From positions 868,001 to 932,000 of the forward strand of contig CDLV01000006.1 of NCBI GenBank assembly GCA_001244265.2: 64,000 bases of DNA. The letters run 5' to 3'. Source of the DNA: Microbotryum violaceum. Its lineage: Eukaryota. The position numbers and the translations under genes were made by a program. Numbering within the stretch: position 1 is the first letter of the stretch; every line of letters begins with the position of its first letter. This document shows positions 1-10,578 of this stretch, piece after piece. Below the pieces are notes generated by a model. The model was not told the origin of the DNA and ran no database searches. It was given only the letters and a program-made list of their open reading frames with translations.

Positions 1-164
1 CCAGAAGTGGCGCCGGTGATTGGTGAAGACGATTCGGTCGCACACGCCGCCTCGGGCTCGATGACGAACGGCGAGCACGGGGAAGGGGAGGGAACAAAGG
101 CGAACTGACCGAGTGCCACGAGAAGCAACACCGAAGCGAGCGATCGCCATAGGATGGACCTCAT
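1..164 (-). CDS. 5' end (first exon 164-110, then intron running off the window) of a probable secreted or ER-targeted protein
   Basis: The minus-strand ATG at 164 gives MRSILWRSLASVLLLVAL, a basic-then-hydrophobic signal-peptide pattern. A GTCAGT donor follows immediately at 109. Divergent from RER1. Confidence 0.45.
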   Translation of the reverse strand, partial: MRSILWRSLASVLLLVALGQFAFVPSPSPCSPFVIEPEAACATESSSPITGATS

Positions 165-544
165 TCTCTCGCGCACGAAACGCACCAACTCGCAGAGGGG
201 CGATGCGCGGAAGACAAGCGGCCGTCGCAGCCGGTCGGTCGGTCGGATGGAGGCTCGGTACTCAGTAAAGGAGTGGGGGCCGGCACTTGCAGCGGCGAGC
301 GAGCCGCCTCGACGACAATGCGCATTAGAGCGCGCTGGTCTAAATACCCGACTGCGGCTAATACCCCCCTTTTTGCGCGAGCGCATCGCATCGCACAAGC
401 TGCGAGGCTCGGAGCTGCGCCGCGCTTGGTTGAGCTCTGCACGCTGTGCATCAATCGACCTCGTCTCTGCTCGTTGGAATCTTCCTGCGCGGTCCGTGTG
501 AAGGACTGTTTGCGTGCATCCACCCACCTGTGCACTCCGCCCCG

Positions 545-1697
545 ATGGACGCGACTGAACCAGCACCGGGCGCCAACGCGGTCGAGTCCGCCAAGAAACA
601 GTGGCAGGTCAGTACCAGAGCGATGGAGAGGACCTTCACCAGAGGATATGCTCATCAATCGTCCCTCTCCTCCTTCCCCGTGACCTTGCTCATGCTTGGC
701 CCCGTGACCGTCACAACACGGATGCAACACGCGTTCCTTCTCGGATCGGCCTTGCTCGCGCGTCGCAATTTCTCGGCCCACACCTACGCCCACACCCACA
801 CCCACACACACACGTGGCTTCCGGTCGAGCTCATCCAGGTGTTTCAAGCAGCATTAGGTGCGCAACCCGCACAAGCTCACCACGAAAACAACAAAACCCC
901 AACTCTGACGCTGCTCTGTTGCTACGACACAGATCGAACGACACCCCACACACTGCGCCGATGGATGTCGACGTTCGTCCTGTTCCTCGTCTTTTTCGGC
1001 CGCATCCTCTGGGCCCAGGCGTACTATATCGTCTGCTATGCTCTTGGGTCAGTCTGGAGTGTAAAGCACCTCGCTCTACGCGAACGCTCACCTCGAGCTC
1101 GAGCGTCCGGCAAACTCTTCCTCCCACAGTATTTACCTCCTCAACCTCTTTCTCGCCTTTCTCCAACCCAAGGTAAGAGCTCAAACCGAGCCCAACCTGA
1201 TCCGAGACGTCTCTTGTGCTCAACAACATTCTGCGTTGTGCACAGTTCGACCCCTCCGTTCCCGACATCGCCGAATCCGACATCGCCGACGGCGCCCCCG
1301 GACTCCCGACCTCCATGTCGGCCGCCCAAGCGCAATCCTCCGCCCTCAACGGCACCACCGACTCGGGTGAATTCCGTCCCTTCATCCGTCGTCTGCCCGA
1401 ATTCAAGTTCTGGTATTCCGCGACCAAGGCGATCGCTTTCTCCCTGTTGGCGACCTGTTTCCCTTTGTTCGATGTGCCCGTCTTTTGGCCCATCTTGTTG
1501 GTCTACTTTTGTGTGTTGTTCTTCATTACGATGAGGAGACAGATCGGGCACATGAGGAAATACAAGTAAGCGCTCTGGGGTCCTTTCTTGCGTTTACGGA
1601 TTCGCATGGTCATACTGACATGGAGCCTAATTTTTCTTCATTGTTCATCAGATACCTTCCGTGGGACTTGGGCAAGACCTCGTACGGGAACAACTAG
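545..1697 (+). CDS. RER1: Rer1, Golgi-to-ER retrieval receptor (6 exons)
   Basis: Exons 545-607, 839-857, 933-1047, 1130-1172, 1246-1565 and 1652-1697, all GT-AG. Rer1 motifs: [80 protein letters not shown]. Confidence 0.95.
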
Positions 1698-2195
1698 AGG
1701 AAATGGGGGCGGAGAGTCTAGGTCTAGGTGGTGGGCAGTAGTTGGTATAGGTACGATCAACGAGTCTAACAAGAATCCGACCAAGGCCTTGGAACCGAGC
1801 TCTTGGAGGAATAGAATGGAGCGTGGGCCAGAGTAATCTTCAACGACGGCTTACGAGTGCGAGTGCGAGTGCAAGGGCTCGAAGCGGTAGATGGGCTACC
1901 AGGTGTAATTCGTTATTTGTTTTGTACACTTGCTATGCAGATTCGCCGAGACATGTTCAGAAGAAGAGCAGGTGCTAGTCGGGGTTGACAGTTGTCGAGA
2001 TCGGAAATTCTTAGGTTGGCTCGCATAGGCGGGACTCTCCCGACTCGATGGTGTTGAAGCCAAGGACAGCAAGGTAGTCGTCAGAAAAACGATAGTGTTA
2101 CAACAAACATTCATACTCGTACAAGCGCGCTCCTCCGGCAACTCGTCCGAGTGATAGAAGCCTCTCTCGCCTGCTCCCAAGTCGCCTGGTGCTCA

Positions 2196-2704
2196 TCAAG
2201 ATCGAATCCAATGTCTCCACGGATCTTCAAACATGTCCTCGTTAAAGTACCCTTTCGGCTGTGAGTTGTCGGATCGTTGACGGTTGTGGTGAGGGTTTTG
2301 GGATGGTGGAGCGTCGAATCGCTGGCGCTATTGAGTGAGCGTGAAAGCGGATGGATGGGTGAGCGCTCCAAGGCTGCGTCCCGATATCATAGGTGGTAGG
2401 GGATACATACCTTGTTGGCCCGTCCATCGTTGCTGCCTCTGCCTCTGCCCCTCCCTCCTCCTCTCCCTGCACCTCGTCCGCGCGACTGGGCATCCTGCTG
2501 TTGCTGTTGTGGTCGTTGAGCGTACGCATTCTTGGCATTCTCCCCCGGACTACGGACGCTTATCGGTGCTGGAGTCGTCGTCGTCGTCGTCGTCGTGGCT
2601 GACGAGGTTGCTTTGCCCTTGTCCTTCAAGTGTTTGGGCTTCGCTGGGGTATGGTTGTGCTTGGGTCCGCTTGTGCTTCCGAATGAAAGGGGGAGTTCGT
2701 CCAT
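2196..2704 (-). CDS. Small disordered RGG-box protein with C-terminal GYFNEDMFEDPW motif (MPLKIP/TTDN1-like)
   Basis: Exons 2704-2411 and 2327-2196, joined by a GTATGT...TAG intron. Encodes MDELPLSFG...RGRGAGRGGGRGRGRG...KGYFNEDMFEDPWRHWIRS*. Family call is from motif resemblance. Confidence 0.65.
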
Positions 2705-2821
2705 GGCGGGTGGGCGAGGGATGAGTCGAGATGAGGTTTGAGCTGATGCGAAACTGGTCAAGAGTGATCGAGCGCGCGGTGTGAGTTCGATAAGGGTCGT
2801 CTCTTTGTAGACTAATAGCTG

Positions 2822-2943
2822 GAATTCAAATTCAAATTCTAATTCTCGCCGCCAGTCGCCGCCAGTCGCCGCCCCCACCTCCACACCTCCACACCTCCAC
2901 ATCATCATCATCGACCGACCGCACACCGCACGCACCACCGCAC
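2822..2943. repeat. Chain of short tandem repeats in the divergent promoter (AATTCA, TCGCCGCCAG, CCACACCT, CAT, CGAC, CGCAC)
   Basis: Read directly from the sequence. Confidence 0.7.
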
Positions 2944-2961
2944 CCTCCTCTATCGCCCAAG

Positions 2962-5900
2962 CTGGCGACTGTCGACTCCCCACTGCAGGCTCCGACCAGC
3001 CATGAGTGGTTGGCCAAACTCAAAGCGACTCGGGTCAGTCCACTCATCACTGTATCGTATCGCACTGCACGTTGCCCCTCCTTCCGAGGTCCTCCACCCG
3101 GACCGCCTGACGACCCGCTCTTTTATCCTCTCTCTCCTACGCACCCCCACCCTCAATACAGTTGGAAGCCACTCAAGCGACCCAGTTCGAGCTCAACAAA
3201 TCCTACGACCAAGCCTTCTCCCTCTACCTCTCGTCCGCGCAATCGTACCTCGACTTGATCCGCCACTGCTCCGATCCTCTGCAAAAGGAGCAGCTGAGAA
3301 ACATCAATCGAGGCTTGTTGGAACGCGCGACGAGGATCAAGCAGAGTGGTCAATTGCGAACCCGCATTTCCGGCGCTGGGAATGGGAACGGGAATGGGAA
3401 CCGGAATGGGAACCGGAATCGGTTGGGCGCAGTAGGCAAGGGCAAGGGCAAGGAACGACTCGGTCTCGGTCAGTGGGGCACAAATGGTCGAATTTGCTTC
3501 TTCGAGCGAGCCAACACGCTCACGGCGATCGTTTACCTGACACCACAGAGGAACAGGACTTGGTGTTGGAAAGATCGAGCAACTTTAACCAGAAACGATT
3601 CGAGAGATGGAGTGACGCACCGGCACCAGCACCATCACCCGCGTCGCAAGTCCCAATCGCTCCTGTGCCGAATCCCGAACCGAGAACTCATCCCCCCTGG
3701 ATCATCCCACACCAGCAGATCGCGATCGCCTCCAATCGCACAACCTTCCCTAGTCTCCGCATCAACTTTGTACAAAAGACCCTCACCTACCACCCCCGTC
3801 ATCGTCCCCGAACGACTCGCGGCCCTTGATATCGTGCAAGACAATATCGGCGATTGTTCACTCGTTTCGGCGTTGATCATTTGTGCTCGACATGCGGCGA
3901 CGTTCGGGACCAAGGTAGGTTTTTTTCGCTGAAGATCGAATTATCCGCATATGTAGTGGAGCTGAACCTGGACGTTCTTGCGATTATAGCTCGGCCTGGA
4001 TTGTCTCTACCCCAAGGATGCCCAGGGCTGGCCTTGCAAGAGTGCGGATGGGGTATACGAAGCCAAGTTCTGGCTCAATGGTTTGTGGAGAAGAGTACGT
4101 CCTACCAAACCATGCCAACTGAAGACCGTTCGCTGATCATTGTGGTGCAACCTGCATTCCATTCGCAGGTCGGTAGGTTTTTCCGAGAGGGAGGTCGGCA
4201 CCTGATCAAACATTGGGAGATTCATCATCCATCTGCATCATTTTCGCTCGCAGTATTCGATGACCAACTCCCGCATTCAACACTCACCTCCGAACCGAGG
4301 TTTGCTACCACCACCCAGCGAGATCAATTATGGCCGGCATTGATCGAAAAAGCTGTCAGTTTGCAAACTTTCGTTGAATCAAGTCGGGGGGAAGTACTAG
4401 CTGATTTCCCCGGGCCGATGCGTCACGACCCAGTATATGACTTTGATGGGAACGTATGATTTCGCTGGCTCGTGAGTGCTTTGTAACGAGATTCGGGAAG
4501 ATTCGATGACGGGCTGCTGAAAGCTGATAGCCTTTTTGCCGACGCAGCAACTCGGGTATCGACGTTCAGTAGGTGGTCCCATGCCCAGTATCGAAATAGT
4601 TTGGCCTCTTTTCTTCGAACTGACGCAAAAGACGGTGTTCGACGCAGTGCTCTTACCGGATGGATACCTGAGCATATATCACTCAAGTACGTTATGCTTC
4701 CCTCATTCGGCCTGACGCTGAGTCAGTTGATGAAAACTGTTCGCCTCGACCCGTTCCCTCAGTTCGAACTTTCGGTCAGAAAAGAATTGGCAGCGCTTGG
4801 TGAAAGGATGGAAAGCGGGGACGTGTGTACTCACTCTTGGGACCGGCAAGTCACCACAGGAAGGCTGGGAGAGCCGACATAGCTATGCCGTCACTGGTGA
4901 GTACCCCTTCGCTGCACATGTACGGAACTTGTCAGGGGCTCACTGAACGCGCGTCTTACAGATCTGACGGAAACGAAGGACGGCCATCGGCATGTCCGCT
5001 TCGTCAATCCTTGGAGAGCGACGATGTGGACCCGAGGCTTGTCGGAGGCCATGCCTGAAACGGAGAAGGGCCACCCCCGGGAACCTACCGAGGTCGATTG
5101 GGATATGATCGCAAATTCATTCGAGGCGATTCATGTCAATTGGGATCCGAAGGGATTCAAGCATACTTCTATGGTCCATTGGTCAGTGTTGGGCCCCTTC
5201 CATAAAAAAACCAGAGACTGCGCTTACTTCTCGGCTGGGTGGCTTTTTCAGCTCGATCCCAGGTCCATCGACCAAATCAGCCAACGAGCGCCTCAGTGCT
5301 CGATCAACTCGACTGCGACTTCGCCTCGCGTCAACTCCGACCGTTTCAGCCGAAGTCTGGATCCTTTTGTCTCGACATAGGTCCATAGCGAATGACCATG
5401 ACGATTTCATCGGCCTTCGTGTCGTCAAATCCCTTGCGGGTGAGGGTGAACATGGTCGGACCGAGGAGCTCAATGTAAGTGGGCGACGGGATGGGAGTCC
5501 ACCCGGCCGGACGATAGCTGATCTGCTTCTGAGCGCACAGACCGATTACACCGATAACCCATTTCTATTGCATCGCTTTCTCGCCGACCCTTCGACGCTT
5601 TGCTACGAGCTGTTTGTTTCACATCGAGCCTCGAGCCTCGACGACACCAGGTTCACGTTGGGAGCGTTCGCACCGTTCCCTGTCAGCATCGAAGAAGGGC
5701 CGCTACCGTTGGAATTCTCAGAGTCGGTAAATTGGTCGTCTTCTTCTGCAGGCGTGTGGTCGAGGGGGGAGGTGCTCATCATTCGATCCTCGCACAGATC
5801 GAGTCACAATGGACCTCCAAAACCGCCGGAGGGAATCACTCTTGCCCAACCTTCTACACCAACCCACAATACTCAATCCGACTCGTCGCACCACCGAACA

Positions 5901-6889
5901 AACCCAACGCCAGAGCCGTATTGAGCCTCACCGCAGAGACGAGCAAAGACGTTTCGATCAATGTCAAATTGGTGTGGAATCGGGGAGAAAGGGTCGATCG
6001 ACTGGAGGAGAGGGATGTGGTGGCGGGTTCGTCGACGTATACGTATGGGATTGGGTCGTTGAGGCATGAGGATTTAGCGGGTGAGTACAGTCTCTTTCAA
6101 GACCACTACCACACGTTCCTACTCGGAAGGCCCGCTGAACGATACCAATTTCTCCGCTTTGCGTAGCCAACACCGCGTACACCGTCATCATCTCCTCTTT
6201 CGCCCCCGAAGCGCTCGGCACCTTCAAGCTCTCGATTCAGTCCAACATGTCCATCGTGGCTGAGCCCATCCCTGCTGAAGGGGCAGGGATGTTTGCTCGA
6301 GTTGCTAGAGGGCAGTGGTCAGTGACACTAGAAACAGTTCTGGTAATGCGAGACTAAATAACCTTCGTCCCGTATTCAGGTCATCTGCCGAAGATCCTTC
6401 AGGGGGACAAAGCATCCCACGTCCGCACGAACAGAGCTGGAGAATTGCCGCAGTGGACAAGACGACTAGGCTTATGTGAGGATCAAACTCTGCGCCTTTC
6501 TAGTCGCGTTCCTTGCATCTGACTTGTGCTTGGAGAATATCCCCGCAGAGTGCGATTACAAGCACTTGACCCGCCGGTGGGACTTGCGTTGATCCTCCAT
6601 CCGCTCGTAGATGAGCCAGGGAGCATCGGGCCAGCGATCGCGACGACCGGTGTGTTTTCAGATGCGGTTTGCGGCGTCGTGATTCGCGTATCGAAATTGC
6701 CAGCAAATGCACTAGGTAAGACTACAAACTTTGAGAACTCGCATCCAGACATGGACTGAGATCGCTGACCATCCTCGATCACCAGGCCACGTCGTCGTCG
6801 CTCGCACCTCGAGTGGGCGACTTGAGCAACCGGTAGATTTTAAGCTGTTGTTGTATGCTGATCAAGCCGTAAACCTGACTCCGATATAA
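2962..6889 (+). CDS. palB: Calpain-like protease PalB/Rim13 (MIT domain, calpain catalytic domain, C2L domains); many introns, start uncertain, one apparent frameshift near 3692-3697
   Basis: MIT-like LEATQATQFELNKSYDQAFSLY. Catalytic triad intact: QDNIGDCSLVS (Cys), HSYAV (His), VNPW (Asn). Also NGLWRRVVFDDQLP, LWPALIEKAY, ALTGWIPE and TAGGN..PTFYTNPQY. Stop TAA at 6887-6889. Confidence 0.9.
3378..3419 (+). repeat. Hexamer repeat (G/C)GGAA(T/C) x7 encoding GNGNGNRNGNRN-type linker in PalB
   Basis: Read directly from the sequence. Confidence 0.85.
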
Positions 6890-7047
6890 CGAAGTAACCA
6901 AAATCGTTGGACATTTCAGATCTATAACATATGCAAGAGAATGAATGACTCTAAACCAATAAATACTTGGCTGTTTGTTCAGGCATGCGCAGCAACGTTT
7001 GGATGATGCGATTGACTCGGCGATGAAGGGGGATGTCCTTCTTTGTT

Positions 7048-9736
7048 TCATTCAAGCATCGCATTGAATTTGACGACTTGTATAATTCTGTCCCATAATT
7101 GGACGACGGTGCCTTGTCCACGAGCCGACTCTTCGGGGGACACCTTCGTGCCCTTCCAAAGTTTCTTGGGCCGAGCTCGGTCACGCGGCGGCAAAGCGAA
7201 AGGGTGGGCCTCGGTATTGAAGACGTAATCGTCAAGTGAGATGTGCTCACGATCCGCGAACAAGAGGTAGTAATACTTGAGCGTCTCGGCCAACACGAAC
7301 GATTCCTGCGAGTCCCGACGTCCCAAATCATTGGCGTCATTGACATTCGTCAACCCGGCGAAGCCGAACTCGGCGATCGAGTGGGACACCCAATCGACGA
7401 ACATGCGCCAGCCTCGATCTTGCCACAGCCGATCTCCCGTGATGCGCCACATGTAGAAAACGGACTCGATCGTTTCCGGTCGACCGATGTAGGAAGGATC
7501 GCTTTGTTTAATACCTGCCGGCGGTTGACCGGGCCCTTCTTTTGTTTGGGGTACGGGGGGGTCGTCGGGTGGAAAGAAGAGCAGGGTTTCGGGCATCAGA
7601 CCCGTAGGGCTTGACTCGTAGGCCCATTGACAAGTCTCCGTGAACGCTTCCGCCGTTTCCAGATCCTTTTGGCGCGCGAGTAACTTGGCTCCTAAACCTA
7701 GCATACCTCCGGCGAAACAAGTGAGGTGTTCCAATTTAGGCACGTAGTTGCTTCCGTGGGAGTTGTTGTCGCCGATGTTGATGAGGTTGCGGTGATCGGG
7801 CACTACTCCGACGGGTCGGATGATGGACCCGTAGGCCGCGTCTATCGCGTCTTTGTACATACGAGCGTATTGCCCGTTATCGTAGTCGCCGAGTAGATGA
7901 GCCATTTTGATCTAAGATGTTGGAGCACATCAAGTCAACGAAGAGATCAGGTGCCGATTACTCGTACTAGACAAGCTGTACCGAAAAGTTTGCCCCCAAG
8001 GGAACCCACCAGGTACTCGTAGTATGAATCCGCGCAGCCACCAAAAGAGACCGTGCCTCCTGCGGGACCTGACGAAGCCACGTTGACGGCGATCGGCAAA
8101 AGGTGACTGGGTCCTTTGGTGCTGACCTCGTCCAGCTTATTGGTCGTCCTCTGGACCGCTTGGTAGTAGGTCTCGTCACCGGAGATCATGCTCAGTCGGG
8201 TGAACTCGAGTGAGAGGCTCCCCACCTCTGCCAGCCAGGCGGTCGAGTGGAAGGAGTCGGAAGGGTTCTCGCCGAGCAAAAATTCATTGTTGGGTACCGC
8301 GTAGTGGGTGTTGAGGCCAGCAACCATCCAGGTCCCCAATTCGGTGGCGCGATTGAGCATCAGCGGATCGCCAGAGAGGTCGTACGCTGAGATGAGGCCG
8401 CCTAGGTACCGAATCGTCGTTTCGAAATAGGACATGCTATGTCGCAGCGGGAAGTCGTATAACTTCGACATCGGAAGAGGAGGCTCCCGCTGAGTGGGGA
8501 GCACCAACTCCTCCAACTCGGGGGCCTTGGGTGGGGACTTGGCGTTCGAGTCGGTACCGCCGGAGATGGTGTAGGAAAAATCGACGGCCGAGACGTGTTC
8601 GCGCGCCAAGTTGTACTCTTCGTTCAGGCCCATGATAAGCAAGGTATCCAAGCTGTCGATGATGACCGCACCCCACCCGTTGAAGTGATCCGTCGACCCT
8701 CCCGACACAGGCTTGACCTCATCGTGACCCCACTGCGTCTTGTAGCTTTCCCAGGCGTGCAGGAATGCTCTCTTGACCCACTCACGACGGTGTGCCTCTT
8801 CTTGCACCCGTTCGTCCGACATGTCTATCCTTCCGGTGTACTGGACCTTGGGACGTTTATGTTCCCCCCCGGGCATGTCCCCTTTTTCCAAGTTGCCGAC
8901 GTTGAGGATGGGCTCGTGTAAGCCTTCGTGCAACAATTTGAGCTCACTCAACGGGACTTGCAGAAGTCGGCCCGTCTCTGGGTCGAATCGCGTCTCGCGG
9001 CCATAATTGACGAGTTGTTCTGTGGCCGCTCGAAAGTATTTGAAGGCGCTGGCCAGATGTCGAGCGGGCGGGCCGACTTGTTTGGGGAGAGACGCGGCTC
9101 CTTTCTCGGTCACGAAGCGCGACTTGGCAAGCCAGGCCCGTCCCTTCCAGCTCGTTGCCATGTGTGACCATGGGTCTTGCGTGCTCGGGGGGATGGGTCT
9201 CAAATGTTTCGCTCCCTTGTCGGGATATTCGCCTTGTATGTCCGCCGCGAGGTGAGGCGGTGCTTCTTTGGAGGATGGTGAAGCATGGGCCCAGCGGTTT
9301 TCGGGATCGCCCAAGTACCCATTTCTGCTTTTTTGTCACAAAAGTTGGGCTCGGATGTTCAAAAAATTGACCAGGAGACCAAAGTATACTGAGTTCGGTG
9401 AACTGACATAATAAATAGGGCCAAAAGAAAGGCTCCCAACAGCACAACCGGTCCACCGATCGTCCAGCATCGGTGAGGACCCCACCGCCCCCATCGAGGA
9501 CGCGGTGTAATAATCGGCTTGAGGTGGCGCACATCTTCGGGGAACGCGATCTCCTCGTCGATTAGAGGCCGTTTCATGTCGTAGGTGTAGTGCGCGTTCT
9601 CGTCTCGTGCGTCGAATGCGGCGTGCTTGGCCTCGCGCGCTTCGAGGTGGGATCCCAGATGGCCCGACGAGGACGACGATGACGACGATCCAACGCGATC
9701 GCGAGGTAACAACTCTGGCGGATAAGACGCCGACAT
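7048..9736 (-). CDS. Glycoside hydrolase family 47 class I alpha-1,2-mannosidase, type II membrane protein (copy A, 3 exons)
   Basis: N-terminal TM segment (VVLLGAFLLALFII). Motifs WGHDEVKPVS, DSLDTLLIMGL, FETTIRYLGGLISAY, LAEVGSLSLEF, ADSYYEYL, HLTCFAGG, RPETIES, ESFVLAETLKY, FNTEAHP. Confidence 0.95.
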
Positions 9737-10578
9737 TTCTGTTGATTGGCCGTCAACGGAATAGGTGTAGCGGAAAGAGAGACCTCGGATGCGTCTGTTG
9801 GGACCCCCACGTCGTCGGCGCGAACAGGAGGTGGACCTTTTCGCCTTTTGAAACGATCATTTCAACTGAGACAGGACGAGACGGGGTCGAAGCGGCAAGC
9901 GCGGTTTCGTGCTTATCAGCATAGCCGTGTGAATAGCCCATACTCCAGTCGAGCTAACGGGGTTCCGCGCACACTGAGGTAGGTATGCCTGCGGAATCGG
10001 TATGCCACTCTTTGCATGTCCGTGAGGCTGGAACCTGGGATATTGCCGGGTGGAATTCGGCAACCTCACGGGACCGAAAAGTTTCGCTTTCCCCCTGAAC
10101 GAACCGATATCGACCACGTGCACTGACGTGCTCTGCACGAACTGCTCTCGGAGTCGACTCGAATGATCGAATAGGTAATTCGAAGAATTTTTCGGTGATG
10201 GTGAATGCACCGATGCTTAGGCAGCAACCGCTACGGTAGGACCGACCGTCAGCGCAACGCTGCTATATATGGAAGCCATAAAATTTGCAGACGCTTGCCG
10301 TTCTGCGTCTACAGCCCTTGGAGCCCGGAGGCTCGGGAAGTGGGAATGCAAGCCCAACAGTGTTACCAACCTTCAGTAGCCATATTCATTCTCATTTCCT
10401 CTTCATGCAGACTGTACACACCCCGCGATTGATACCGGGCCACCGTCACAACAATTATCCTCCTCATGCCCAACGCGCCTACCGCAAGACACGTCAAGTT
10501 ACGGGTTACATTACAACAAAAGATATTGCGATGCGAGTTACAAAATCGTCGTGAATGTCCGACATTGCGAGGAGGGGT

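Noticed and set aside
9310..9410. Apparent frameshifts between ORF pieces in GH47, DAK, epsin, dipeptidase, Sld3 and the F-box gene
   Set aside because: Resolved by canonical GT-AG introns with correct phase wherever I traced them.
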